A stretch of DNA of 63,834 nucleotides, counting the filler, from Lenisia limosa (taxonomy: Eukaryota > Protista > Breviatea): the NCBI GenBank assembly GCA_001655205.1. It is 12 parts of 12 records of this genome, joined end to end, with 100 filler letters (N's around TTAATTAATTAA, not from the genome) between each part and the next. Parts side by side here need not be neighbours in the genome. Positions count along the whole stretch, not along the records: positions 1 to 14,918 come from LPNZ01010330.1; positions 15,019 to 24,148 come from LPNZ01000337.1; positions 24,249 to 26,624 come from LPNZ01000920.1; 9 more parts are not named here. One strand, given 5' to 3'. Positions 13,901-26,724 of the stretch are shown piece by piece. Both the position numbers and the translations under genes were made by a program. The notes under the pieces are model-generated. The model did not search any database. It was given only the letters and a program-made list of their open reading frames with translations, and was not told the origin of the DNA. Position 1 is the first letter of the stretch. Each line of letters opens with the position of its first letter.

Positions 13901-14918
13901 TCTAATTTGGTCAATTAATTTCCTCAAAAAATAATTTCACAGAGTCTCACAGTAAATACCTGACAAGCTTACCGTAGCAAAAGGCGGATTTGTCCCATCC
14001 AGTTGAAGGGTCACAGGTAACTGTTCCTGAGACAGTTCCACTACACAAGTACTGGAAAGTCAAGAAGGTTGAGTCAAACAGTCAAAAAAGAGCAAGGAAT
14101 ATAGCTGACAAAATGAGAATAGCATGTTAGGCATCAGTAGTGCTTCACTTTCGTTCCAAAAGTCATGTAAAATATTGACATGTATCGAAGATTTAGTCTT
14201 TTTTAGAACCAAAAATAAAGCTCTACTAATCACTATTCGCATTCATCCATAAAATAGCTTAAGCATATGAGTAAGAAGCGACGCCATTGTCAGGAAAATG
14301 ATTGGCTAAATTCTATAATCCAATATCTCTTATAAGCGTGATAGTGGACGGCTACAACCAGATACAATTTTGCTTGTTTTACCTCTCATCTCTATATATA
14401 ACAACTAAGGCTTCACTTTGGTTCGGGCAAATATCGATAGTTTTCGAGGATTTATCGAGAAATTTAGTCTTTTTTGAACCGAAATGAATATCTAATAACA
14501 GCATGGAACTGCTGAAAGACCTACATCGCAGGTTCCACCCTCGGTGATGGTGAAGGATTCGGGGCATGTCAGAGATGCTCCGTTATAGAGAACCGGGCCA
14601 GATGTACAGAGGGAGCCTTTTGAGGCGGTCGTGTCAATCAAACGCTCAACTTCATTCTGAGAGTGAGATGGAAATGCGTCATTCTGCACTTTAATGTAGT
14701 TTATACAAATGTCGTATTCTATTATACTACTATTTTACGTTATAGTTTAGTATATAAACTACAAAAAAATTAGAAAAGCAAAGAGCTCATCTTCATTGGG
14801 TTAAGCTGTTATATACTTCTAATCATGAGGAGTAGTCACTAATCAGACACTTCGCATACTCTGGGAACTGCGCTTTGTGGGTCCGTGGAATTAACTACCC
14901 GAGTAAACACAAGCCCTT
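10999..14918 (-). CDS. Secreted Cys-rich protein, paralog B (5' end cut by scaffold edge)
   Basis: NSTDPQSAVPR|NEVERLIDTT...EGGTCD|YLCSGTVSGTVTCDPSTGW|SCAELRAQGRTSG|VYCDENNYALIGG|APNDPPMPDDYLGFIAMETFPATSTW|FECGLSGAITNSY|...|RASMSNWGNQIIIGCNGSG...FRVWVLLD*; same intron positions as paralog A. Confidence 0.8.
11140..11280 (+). repeat. Family B+C copy
   Basis: gagatgagaaataaaaacaggttgtatctggccgaagcc...ttcacccaatcatttgccc...agctttctacgtgcc. Confidence 0.75.
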
Positions 14919-15018
14919 NNNNNNNNNNNNNNNNNNNNNNNNNNNNNNNNNNNNNNNNNNNNTTAATTAATTAANNNNNNNNNNNNNNNNNNNNNNNNNN
15001 NNNNNNNNNNNNNNNNNN
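14919..15018. other. Artificial scaffold-join spacer 1
   Basis: 44 N + TTAATTAATTAA (stops in all six frames) + 44 N = 100 bp. Confidence 0.97.
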
Positions 15019-15084
15019 GGGGAGGAAGGGCCTCTAGCTAAATTCTGTTAAACTGTTATGTTTTCAAAGGATACAGTGTACTTA

Positions 15085-17484
15085 TTTCTCACGAGGTAAC
15101 GAAATGTGCAAGAGGGGTCGTGACAGTGTTGAACAGCATTGGCGTGGTCTTAGCATTCTCAAACACTGATGGAAGAGTGTTTGTCACCTAATAAGGTCAG
15201 AGGGATCTGTAACTAAATATCAACTCACAATTTTACCCGTCATTGGTGAGAAGATTGTAAAGGTATTTGGCTTGATGCTGACAACCCCACCTAAACAATA
15301 AATCAGGCACAAATCAATTTTCATGATTCCAAGAGCAAAAACACCAACCTCCAGCAAGTGTGATTTCCTGTGTAGTGGCTGATGGAAGGCTAGAAAGTCA
15401 ACAAAAGATGAAAAGCTATCATCTGTAATCATAAACCTAAAATTGAGATATTGCCCCAGTTTTCAGACCTTGAAATTGCGAGCTTCTCACCCAGGACCTG
15501 AATACGAGTACTTGGCCACAGATCCCCCTCCAAACGGAACATTCCTGGATCGGCACTCAGCGTCCCATTGGTGTTCACAACCCACTACAAAGGTCGGTTA
15601 AATATGTGTTTATTATTGATGTTGAAATGTGAAAACTAGAATGTTCTATCAGGCTGAAGCCGCCCACCCCATCGCCGGTTTATACAGGTTATTAGAAACT
15701 TACTACCGTGTCATATTAATCCACTAATTGTCATATAAATCCACTAATTGTTGGGTGCAGGTCGGCTTTCTACTCGGGTTTCATCGGTACTGTTTACAAT
15801 ATTCATCATCTAAATTCCCTGATGTGTTACTTCGTTATTAGCTCCTCCAAAAATGCCCCCCCCCCCTCCATACACGGTACATTTGGTCTTGGTCGCGGAC
15901 ATACACGCCGTCCTCTGAATCACCAACATACTGCCAAGGTCTCAGAACTCTTGCGGAGTGCACAAAGAGATACGTGTCACTACGGGGTGAGACGGAAGTA
16001 TCATGCCGACAAGGAACAACTGTTTTACCTTGCTTACTGTGTTTGACCGGTGTCACTATTGAAAGTGATCATTTTCGAGGGAGTGGTCTGCAATCATTAG
16101 CAATGTCATCAGAAAAGGTCTGGCTTGGTTTACCCAGAGAAATATCAGTATTTATCAGAGGTGTATCGAGACAGTCTTTTGGAATGACATGGAGTACTCC
16201 AGAAGACACCCCCCACATCATCCGTAAAAACGAGAAGGGGCCCAACAGAGAACATGAAGTTGGAGTACGCAGCTGCTTCAATTGACTGAGAGGTGAGAAA
16301 TAGCATTGATCCCACTGATCAAAGAAACCAGTAACATAAAAATGCTCAAGAAGCCTACCAGCTTGACAGGTTTAATGTCTTTGATTTTGGAAGAAAGGAG
16401 CCAAAACTGGTCTGGAGTGGTCCCATCATGGAATATCACCCGCTGGGAAGTTAGCAAGAGTTCAGGTTTGTTATGCATGAGGTGGCTTCTCCCTTCCAAC
16501 CAAAAATGCATGTGTAAGTGATCTGAAAAGGACCAGAGTGGATGAGTCGAAGATCGAACAGAGGTCCACTAATTTGCTCTCGGTATCTAGGGTTTTTGAG
16601 ATCATGAAAAGGAGGCTAATTATTAAGGTAAAGCATTTGACGACGTGAAGATAGCACTAAGTCACCCCTCAAACAAGAACTTAGGTTGAAGGCATAGATA
16701 CTGCAAGTATCTAAATCACCATAGAGAAGCATGCCTCGGACTAAATAAATAAGATGCTGGTGCTGAGAGAAAGGGTGCTGCGTATTCACTCGGAACATGC
16801 CCACATGACCGACTTGTATTTCGAAATAATGAACTAAGAAAATGTGAAGGTCAATCCTGAGTGCGACTACGGCTTCGCTTCGGTTCTGGAAAATATCGAT
16901 AGTCTAGAATTTCAGTCTTTTTTCGAACCGAAGTGAAGCCCGATTAATATCACTGGTAGAATACGGCTGTTACACGTATGACAATGGCACACAAAGTGCA
17001 GTGTTGTAATAAAACATCTTTACCACAGAAAAGAAATATCTTACAGCTAAGAGGGTAGAGCGGCTTCTTGATACTTGCTCGGTAGGATGTGAGCTTCTCA
17101 TACGCTCCCAGGTCCCTTGACCATAGTGCTGGCGGCTCCTTGCTGTCAGCAGAGGGAAGGAGAACAACCTCATCTTTGAAGTGAGAAAAGCAAATAAGAG
17201 GTATACATTTAAAAGATAAACAATGGTGATAAGGAGTGAAATGAGGTTTGCTATATAATGGTAAACAAAGAGCTGCCTAGCATTACCTTTTTTTACCCAA
17301 GCAAACTGTTAAGCAAGACTGATCCGTCAACTTTGCCATAGGGAGTGCTCGACACCTCCCATTTCTTTAGCTCAGGGATGTATTCATAAATGGTCCTGTG
17401 GAGTTGGGTGTGAAAAGAAAGCTGGAAAGGGAAACGATACAAGATAAGAAAAGGAAAAGCCCAACTAATTACCAAATTGAACAT
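15085..17484 (-). CDS. Hypothetical multi-exon protein (one segment PH/GRAM-like)
   Basis: Series of open minus-strand segments, several with GT-AG boundaries, e.g. ELLLTSQRVIFHD, VTNTLPSVFENAKTT; boundaries approximate, no family assigned. Confidence 0.45.
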
Positions 17485-17942
17485 GGAAACTCAATAAACA
17501 GGATATCTGTCGGACAAGAGAGAGCTTAATTTACATGGGTCTAGACTTGAAAAAAAAGCAATATAGTCTTTAGAACTGATGTAGGAAAGTTGGATGGCTA
17601 CGAACAGATAAACATTATGCACCAACATACCCTGTTTCTCGATCAACAGTAGATGGGGAGGCAATAAGGCCGGTGATACTCCAGCATATAGCTATTAGAA
17701 GTGTGAGTAGTCTTATCATTGTAAGAGAACGCGTGAAGAAAGCCTAGGGGTTGAGATCAGTTCCACTCATGTTTGAAGGGTAACGCTATTCGTGCTTATA
17801 ACTGGGTATAATGAATCTATTTTTCAAGGAGCTTGTTAATAAAGAGGATTTGAAAGCCAAAAAAAGTATTCATATACAGCATAAACCCCCCACTCCTCTG
17901 CTTCCATGACCAAGTCCCTAAAATTGCCCTTTTTTGCTCAAT

Positions 17943-20900
17943 ATGTCCTCAGATATAGTTGAATCATGGGAAGATATTGGGGATGTCGAAAATTACGAAG
18001 TGGTTCTTCCACCTCAACCCCAAGGTAGCCTTATTCTGACTTGCCTTCTCATCTCCTAGAGGCCCCTAAGAAGGAAAATGCCAAAATTGAAGAAATTGAC
18101 GATGATCTAATTGTAGGCACCTGTTCCTCGCCTCCACACAATGGGATCAAACTCATTACGTTGATAAGGTGGATGATCTTTTGAACTGCTGATAAAAGCA
18201 TACAGATTTAGTAATACTATTACAATTGTATTTTCGCCTTCTTTCATGAAAACTTGACTTGTTCTATTGGGTATTTGTAACCCCATTTCTCAACAAGGCT
18301 GAAGCTTTGGAAAGTAACATCTATGGAAACCCGTTCCCAGCCACCCGAAACACTCATTATTTGGACGCCGCCCTTCCAGGTGGGACTGATTGTTTCCATC
18401 CATTATACTGGCTTCGGCTGTAGGCTGAATATATCGCTATATTTATACACAATATATAAGATATGATATAGTAGAGTAATTCATTTTAATGATTATAATA
18501 TTAGTTCATCTGAACCCCTTTCTGCAAATATTTGATCCTTTTGTAAACGGAAAAACATGTGTTTGAACAAGCCTTTAATGCAGTGAATATCATATGTATA
18601 TTTACGTCTAATGCTTTCCCTCCAGTTCGTCAGGGGTCTAGAGATGCGGTAGTTGGGGAAGTGTTCACAGTCTCCGAGCCGACCAAAGTCAAACTGGTTA
18701 CGTCACTTCCGTCATCACACTTCAAGCAGCCTAGGCAGCCCAAGGATGTAGCTGAGTTTGTGGGATAGGGTTCAATCGTTTCCGTTGATAAAGGGTATAC
18801 TGAAAGCGTTGGTCGTACCAAAGAATACCTTTTCTCATTCCCCCTTTTCAATAGCGATGTTGACTGTTTGATAAATAAGATTGTTTGTTTCTCTGTTCTT
18901 TCTTTCTAATAAGGTTTTTTAGGGAGGAACCGCGAAAGCCCACCCCAGCTGCTCTGATGAATGCTCTTCTCGCCAAAAGCGACAACGACCCTTCAATGAC
19001 CAGCAAAGATGATGCTCTCTCGGCTCCTGCTACGGCTATGGCTCTCTCTGGTTGGCATGTTTACACATTATCACTTACTAAAGCAAGGAATATACAAACT
19101 GAAATGATATACATAGCTATATGATGTATAAGGTTTACTACATTAGGTTTTATCTGATTGAAGCATGGTATCTACTCTCTGTATCAGTTCACTAACGAAG
19201 AATATGACAGTTTAGATAAGATTACAGTATCCGAATATGTCCCCCTTTTAATGATTAATTGGACCCGATGGTCTACTGGGCTCCTGACGTCACCTCATGT
19301 ATGTTGATGCCGTATTATTATTGAGACCAAAGGTTCTTCTTCTCCGATTATTTTCTTTGTAAAGAGGACAAAGCTTTGTTTGGTAGTGTAGTTATTTTAC
19401 CGTTGGGCTTCTTGCAAAAAGTTGCTGATTATTATTGCATATTGTGTATCATATTATATGTCCGACTTAGCTTGTAGCATCCTGAGGCGGGTGAGGCACT
19501 CGAAGGTCTTGTTGAAATGATGATTGGTTGGTGTGGGAAATTTAAGGAGGTGATTGTATGCATGGTCAGTAGGATTGTTACTGTCTAATAGTCTACAATA
19601 AGCATATGAATACAAAAATTCTCTATTACACCTTTAGACGACTTTGAAAGCACAATCTCAGACCTCTTCAAATCGGGGGTTGGCTTCATGTCTTCCGAAA
19701 CAACGTAAGTTATGCCTGTTCGAGGCCTCAACTATTATTTATTAATATTTATCGAACTATAATCATTATAACGTGATGGTGTGGAAGGCTTCGGCCTGAT
19801 ACTCTTATTTTTTCTCATTTCTACATATTATTTATTACCATTAAGGGCTTTCTTTATCTTTAGTTTCTTATTTTTAATACATATATCATATGTATATCGA
19901 TATTGTAGTTGACTAGAAGATAACAGCCCATCCTAATTCAAATTACCGTTAAAAGAGTTTAGCACTATTACTGTTTCAGGATAGATGAGGACATTGAAGT
20001 AATACAAAACTCATTATTGTCATTTCCTGGTGAGAGGTGTGATAATATATCAACTACTTGCGTATTCTTCCAGTATGATACATCCTTTATATTTTTGAAC
20101 TTTTACCTATCCTATTTGCACTAACACAGTTGTTTCCATATTATTAATTTTTTTTCCAGAGGATTGGATAGGGTCAGTGGGACTACCAGCTACGTTCCCG
20201 TTCGAAGGACGAATCGCAAATGTTTGCAACTATAACTTATTTCCTTTTGAGCTTTGTTTGATTTAGGATCACCCCTTTCATCTTTATTTCATGCTACTTT
20301 TGTCTCTGCCTCACCTTCATCATAGACATTGACATTGGCAAGTATCATTGCACGCGAAACCCGCTGGCCTGCTCTTGATCGAATCAAAACTCTGATGAAG
20401 GTCTGAAGAAACTTCCTTCATTTCAATATTCCAACTCAAGTCACGTTAATTCTTAGTATTGCTGCTTGCCACCCCCTTTTGTTGCTTCTCTTTCTTTTGA
20501 AATTGAAAATATTGCGCTACAACAGGTTGGTTAGTATTGGTGTCAAATGTAGTATTGCTTGGTATTACGGTTCACCGCACAGTATCACACTTTTGTTTAT
20601 CATTTGTTAACAACGGGGACATGCACACTGTAACACCTTAGGACATTCTCCCGGTACATATGGTGGAGTCTATGATTGAAGCCGAAGGTGAAGGACCCTC
20701 TGTTTTGGACCAGGTACACACTAATAGATTTGTTACTTGGACTCCTTTCATTTCATTTTGGAACCCGTCTTGTAGTTTTGAAATTAAAAATCCACCATTT
20801 CAAAAATTCATTCACTTTATTAATACACGCTTATGTGTCCATATTCACGAGCAGGTATTGGCGTCGATTGTGGCGCGAACGCCTTATCCGATCCTCGAGC

Positions 20901-21420
20901 ACCTTGCCCAAAGCTGGAAGGAGGCCGACAAGAAGAGCGAAGTGCCAGATGAGAAGTTCACGGACGCGATGTTTGACCCCCGCTGCGGGCTGACTGGACA
21001 GACAACGGAAGGAGCACGCGCAGCTCAGACGTTGCGCGCCGGCATTAACCATGCAGATGAAATGGCGGGTCTTGATGATGAAATAGATGAGGCAGAGTGG
21101 GCTGCCACTGCCATGTTGGAGCAGCAGGATGAGGAAGATGCATTGGCTGCGAAGAGAGAACGAAAGCAGCAGAGGAGAGCCAGGAGGGAGGCGAGGAAGG
21201 AAAGAGGTTGGCTATTGTTCAAATCATGCTATTTTCATTGTTTTTGGTGTAACTGTTCTTAGAAGCGAGACGAGAGCGCAAGACAGCACGAAGAGCAGCG
21301 AGAGGAGTGGAGGAGAACGATTCGACAGCAGGGCTCAATGACCATGGTTCAGATAGTGGCGGCTCTAGACAGGAGTCAGACACAGAAAAGCGCGTTAAAA
21401 GCACGGTCTGTGAACATTCC
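17943..21420 (+). CDS. Hypothetical multi-exon protein with acidic/basic coiled C-terminal region
   Basis: MSSDIVESWED... followed by about 12 GT-AG exons, including GC3-rich VLASIVARTPYPILEHLAQSWKE...KRERKQQRRARRE. Confidence 0.55.
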
Positions 21421-22655
21421 TGTTTATGCTGTGATGTAGGTTCCCCAGTTGTATGTCATAAAAAATATTATTATTATGTAATAGATATTTTGTTGTATTA
21501 TATAACTAATGTAGACACGTCGCAAAAAGCCCGTTGCACAGGAGGTGGTCAAGGAGGAACAAAAAAAGGTTGGCAAATATAACTGCCTTCGTCCGTTTTA
21601 CTTAATTCTCTGGTGACTAAAACATTGTTCTTTATTAAAGAGTTATCCACAATTACTTCTTTTTTTATTCCAGTGAAGCTTGTTCACTGTAACCAGTAAC
21701 ATCAGCTCACCCTCCAGGAGCCCTTTTTTGACCCAGCTTTTTGGGGGCCTGAAGATGGAGAGGAGGCCTGGGATGAGAGTTTAGTGTAAGGGGGGGGGGG
21801 GACAAGCAGTCAGTGTTGAATCTCATTCTAAAATCGGCAATTCACTCACATAGCTTGACATTTGACACGGCTCCCAAAAAGGACCCTGCCCTTAACAGTG
21901 GTCTTCTCCTTGACCTTGTGGCTGCCTCCCCGGACTCCATTCTTACACAGGGTGGGCTGTATGATATAGGCACCCAATTTCTTGTAAATCCCTAACAACT
22001 ATCGATATTGTATGTTTGTTTCAAAATATTTGGACATTGTAAACTCGATTGAAGTGTCAAGCTGTATTCTTAACGCTTGCTGTTTTATTCACTACTTCAG
22101 ACGGAGTGAGGGCGGATGCAGTTGAGCGGAGAATTGTCAAATCTCAGGTTACAGTGCATGAGATACTTCGGGCTGGGTACGAGGGTTTTGCTCTCCTTTT
22201 TTTTGCATAGATTATTGTTTGAGGACTTCAGTCTTACTGTTTTTTGCGTGTTATCGTGCGGTTGTTCTGATATTATAGATGGTTACGACAGTTTGGCAAC
22301 TTCCCTCCAAGGGCTCTGCTTCAGGATTAGGTTCTATCTATGGTTTTTATTTTATGTTTCTTTCTTCTTTTGTTTCTGACCCTGAAAGTTGGGTTCACGT
22401 ATTGTATCTCTGTGAAAGTAGAAGGGTTATTCAATGAAACACTGTCTTGATTTCATTCCAAAAGCGTACCGGATTTTTAGATACATACTATATTACATCA
22501 TATGACATTATCTGATAAAATACATAATTATAATTGAATAATAGAAACATACTTTAGACAAAGTTAATCCTAGAGCCAGCCTCAAAAGCCATCCATAAAA
22601 CTTCGTCACAGTCCTTGAAGGTCATCGTTTAAGGTATAAACATGTTGGCAATCAC

Positions 22656-23900
22656 TTAAATTATGCACACTGAATTGGTACACCTTTTCCCAATATTGAG
22701 CAATAAATGCATACAACCACCTACCCAGCTGCTTCCATCTTGCCATCTCATTCGATGAGTAAAGCCGTTGGTTGTTACGCTATTAACCACTAAATGGTGG
22801 ATGTTAAAATGTAAATTGTAATAAATACGCATAATCAAATAATCAAGGGATTGTAGATAGAACTGGAATATTCTGTCGTTCTTACACTCCAAAAAAACTG
22901 CAGTTGATGTTGACATCACATCATGATCTGCCCCCTTCATTGCTATCTACCACTTACCGGGTACAGGAGCACCACCATTGTCTGTTTGATGACAGTACGA
23001 AAGAACAACAGGGGGACTTGTGAATGGACTGTCAAAAACAACCGTACTTTGTGTGTTCTTCATTGGTTAGTAGGGAGTCATCAGAACAGTTGGGTAATCT
23101 AATCCACTCACAGCGGGATTGTAAAAGGATCCAAATTGATACTCGTCAGGAACAGCCTCCACTGATTGAGAGACTCGCATTACATCAACTGTACATGATC
23201 TGAAAAAAAATAAAAACACCTCAAATTTGAATTGTAAGATCTCAGATTGTATTGCTTTAACAATCCCAACAGCGCCACATCTCATACCTATACGCAACCG
23301 AGTTGTCCCAGCAGTATGATGCACCGCACCCTAATTCGTTCATTGTGCCACCACACCACGACTACATATATGTAGGTAATAGTTTCAATGGTGTAGTGGT
23401 TGAAGCACAAATAAAAGAGTCGAGCTTACAGTAAAATAGCTTGGTTCAGTAAAGTCTGCATGCTGAAATGTTAAACAATCCTTACCCATTCGTCATACAA
23501 TACTTACAATAATAATAGCATCTCACCTTGATTTGCATGAAAACATGAGACGCTCCACCCCCATAATCAGAGAATTGAAGCGGTGCAGAATTAGTAATGA
23601 TGCCATCATTGAACTAGGGCAGTCAGAGTCAAAGCCGACAACTAAGGTTACCCTGGCATACTCGGATTAAAGAAGACGCAGTTTGTTTTCTGACATCAAA
23701 AGCCACAACACTCAGAGCCGTGGGGGTCATATCCTGTGAGGTGAAAAACTGCAATTGTACTTGAATATTGTTTTGGCTACTTTCTTTCATAAAAGGGGAC
23801 CACAACATATGTGTAAAAGCTTCCAACACTGTTAACCGCCATAAGACGACACCAAATGGTGTACTCTGTGTCTGACTCTGTGCCAACAGAACAACCAATC
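22656..23900 (-). CDS. Hypothetical multi-exon protein fragments
   Basis: Several open minus-strand segments (VPDEYQFGSFYNPAV; QFFTSQDMTPTALSVVAFDV); unresolved structure. Confidence 0.3.
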
Positions 23901-24148
23901 CTAGTGAATAAGTTTTTTGAGATTATTAAATTCATTCTGAGGCAAACAGTGCAATCTAATGTAAATAAGCAGGACGAAGTCATTGCACTTACGTTTCTTC
24001 AGCGTCCTTGATTGGGGAAACAAAAACATGGCGAGTTCGAGATGAGTCCAATTCTGAAGGAAAACGTCAAGGAAAGTTGATAGATGTCTGGAAACAAAAT
24101 CTTCATAATGTATTATACCGCTTAAAATTCAGCAAAATGAGAACAATA

Positions 24149-24248
24149 NNNNNNNNNNNNNNNNNNNNNNNNNNNNNNNNNNNNNNNNNNNNTTAATTAA
24201 TTAANNNNNNNNNNNNNNNNNNNNNNNNNNNNNNNNNNNNNNNNNNNN
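24149..24248. other. Artificial scaffold-join spacer 2
   Basis: 44 N + TTAATTAATTAA + 44 N. Confidence 0.97.
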
Positions 24249-24489
24249 GTGCATGGTACTACAGAGGAGCTCCGAACAGAAGTTGATCGTTTGGAGAGCC
24301 ATATTCAGGTACGAGGCCATCCGTGAATCAGCCCCAGCATGCTGAATATCTTGCCCTGCAGCCTTGTTGATGCTGAATTCATCAGAATATATGTGAATAC
24401 AGTGACTGGGATAAGTCTTGGCCGATTTGCTATGATTTCCCAAGGAAAATTCATCTTCGGTCACTGTTTGACATACTATACTATATCTC

Positions 24490-24586
24490 GAGCTTCCCTA
24501 CGGTGCGATAAATACTGGCATAATATCGATATTTATCGAGGATTTGTCGAGAAATCGAGTCTTTTTTTGGGACCATAGGGAAGCCC
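24490..24586. mobile_element. MITE family A, subfamily 2 (cttccctacggt TIR)
   Basis: gagcttccctacggtg...gggaccatagggaagccc. Confidence 0.75.
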
Positions 24587-25367
24587 AGGCTATAGCCTCA
24601 CCATTTCTTCGCTTATGGCTATTTCTGGCCTTTCTTCCCAAGGCATTTACTCTTCAGATGGCTTCATTACAGCGCATGAAGGCTCTGGAAATGATCACTT
24701 TGTATCAGAAGCTCGCGAAACGCTGGCAGGTAAGCAGCGGATCTTCTGTTTTTGGCAAGTCTTTCCCGCTATGGCAAGTCACCTTCCCTTTTTGGTAGTG
24801 TAATTCCCTTTTAGGCAGTTTTGGAGGGCAAGCTAGCCGCCACCCCTGAAGCCAAGGTTCTCAAGGAGTCAGATAAGGAATCGGTGCGGACCTCCTCGCT
24901 GCAGGAGGTTTTGCACAAGGCTCAGGAGCAGGTGGGATGAACACTGGATGCAGCTTTCCCATGTGGTAAAGAAGAAAGGAAGGGGGAGGAGGGGATGACT
25001 GTTGGACGTACCTTTTTATTGTCTCTCCAATAACTCTATTAGATTCCACCTGTCCACGCATCCCTTCTCAATGTGGTTGAGGAGATGTTCACCACCAAGC
25101 TTTAAGGCCGTTTCCGTTGTATAGTATGTTTGTAGCTAAGAGGTATTGTGTTTGTAATGTATCATCATTAATCTGAACTTTATCGTGTCTCACTGTACAA
25201 AGTTAGCTCAGCTGTTTGTCTCGGAATAGAAATAAAAAGCTGCTTTTCACACAAGATTGCACTCAGGGTTTTTGCTGGTAGAATATACCCTGACTACGTT
25301 AAGAATCAATAATATAAATTTGATTGGCACTGGTTTTTAGAGAATGTAAAAAATAATAGTAGTGGGC

Positions 25368-25568
25368 GGGCGACTGAGAGAGGGGTGCATGCTCTCGAGT
25401 CACACCGGGTATGCTCATTGGTAAGCCAGCAAGCTGACACCTGACGAGCTCCACTACCATTCCAAAGAATGGCGTGACAAGGACCGGATCCGTGGATCCG
25501 GAATGCGCTTGTCACAGCGCATAGAACAGATACTACACTTGATCCTAGCGAATTTGCCGGGAAAAGAT
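25368..25568 (-). ncRNA. U2: U2 spliceosomal snRNA
   Basis: Minus strand reads AUCUUUUCCCGGCAAAUUCGCUAGGAUCAAGUGUAGUAUCUGUUCU (branch-point recognition GUAGUA), then stem IIa GCGC-UGUGACAA-GCGC, IIb CCGGAUC/GAUCCGG, IIc UUGUCAC, Sm-like AUUCUUUGG, SLIII with AGCUUGCU, SLIV loop CAUGCAC. 3' end approximate. Confidence 0.95.
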
Positions 25569-25757
25569 ACTGAAACAACAAAATGACTGTTTTTAAAAAT
25601 AAGTTCTAGTGCCCAAAGGAAAATACGGGATTTTATATTTATTTTTTATTTTCTAAATTGAGCTTTTGTGTTTGGTTTTTCCGACAGATTGCTCTTTTTG
25701 AAAGTTCTTTTTTTGCGATAGGTGAAACAGGGAGGAAGAAACAGGACCAGGTTTAAG

Positions 25758-26624
25758 ATGTCTTCCCTTCGAAGCGGCGCTTCAACCTCTTCCTCTCGCT
25801 CTTCTTCGCGCTCCACTCCTTCAACAGCTCCAAAAAGAACAACATCGGCTTCTAAGACGGCAACAACGGCAAAAACTGAAGCTACCACCAAGACAACGAG
25901 CTCAGGATCCAAGCCCGCCACCACATCACGAACTCCTTCAACAGGCCCTCGTCCCGCAAGAACAAAACCCATTAGCTCTTCTAAAGCCCCTTCCACAAGC
26001 TCTGCTAAACCCCCTTCCACAAGCTCCACTAAACCCCCTTCCACAAGCTCCACTAAACCCCCTTCCACAAGCTCCACTAAGCCCTCTGTCACAAGCTCTA
26101 CAAGCTCAAAACCAGGACCGAGAAGCACGACAACCTCCTCGAAGCCAGCAGCGAAGAGCACACCTGCGGCAACGAAGTCATCTTTTGCTTCTCGGTTTGC
26201 TTTTTGCTACATATAGTACATATATTGTTACATTTTGTGTTGCTTTAGACACCTTATATAATATATCCAACTTTGTATTTTTTTAAAAAATGAAATTACG
26301 TTTCATTATAAAAACAAAGAATAACATTCGTGTCAGGTCTTATCGCGGCCAGTGTACATTTTTTCTTGATATTTGTTTTGTTTCGTTGTATTATTTGCTG
26401 CAAGTCATAAGAAGTGTCTGGATTGACTATCTTATAAGGTTGCAAGTATCAAATCTCCCACCACCTTTGTTTTGGGTTTCTCCACACCAAACAATAGTAA
26501 TAATAGTAATAAATAATAATAATAATAAAATCTCATTCTCTAGAACCAGCACGTCGGTACCCGGGGCCAAACCGGGCCCCCGTCCAGCCCCTCGCGCTCC
26601 CCGGGTGCGACCAAGCAAAACATC
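25758..26624 (+). CDS. Ser/Thr/Pro/Lys-rich low-complexity protein, N-terminal part
   Basis: MSSLRSGASTSS... open about 145 codons, donor near 26195, further exon from about 26544, cut by scaffold edge. Confidence 0.6.
25981..26100 (+). repeat. 24-bp coding tandem repeat (KPPSTSST) x5
   Basis: ctaaacccccttccacaagctcca units. Confidence 0.9.
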
Positions 26625-26724
26625 NNNNNNNNNNNNNNNNNNNNNNNNNNNNNNNNNNNNNNNNNNNNTTAATTAATTAANNNNNNNNNNNNNNNNNNNN
26701 NNNNNNNNNNNNNNNNNNNNNNNN
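26625..26724. other. Artificial scaffold-join spacer 3
   Basis: 44 N + TTAATTAATTAA + 44 N. Confidence 0.97.

Noticed and set aside
17905-17945. Two divergent ATGs only 35 bp apart
   Set aside because: Neither start is verified; the minus-strand first exon is too short to trust
25646-26161. 171-aa LVELVEGG-repeat ORF
   Set aside because: Antisense shadow of the plus-strand S/T/P/K-rich exon
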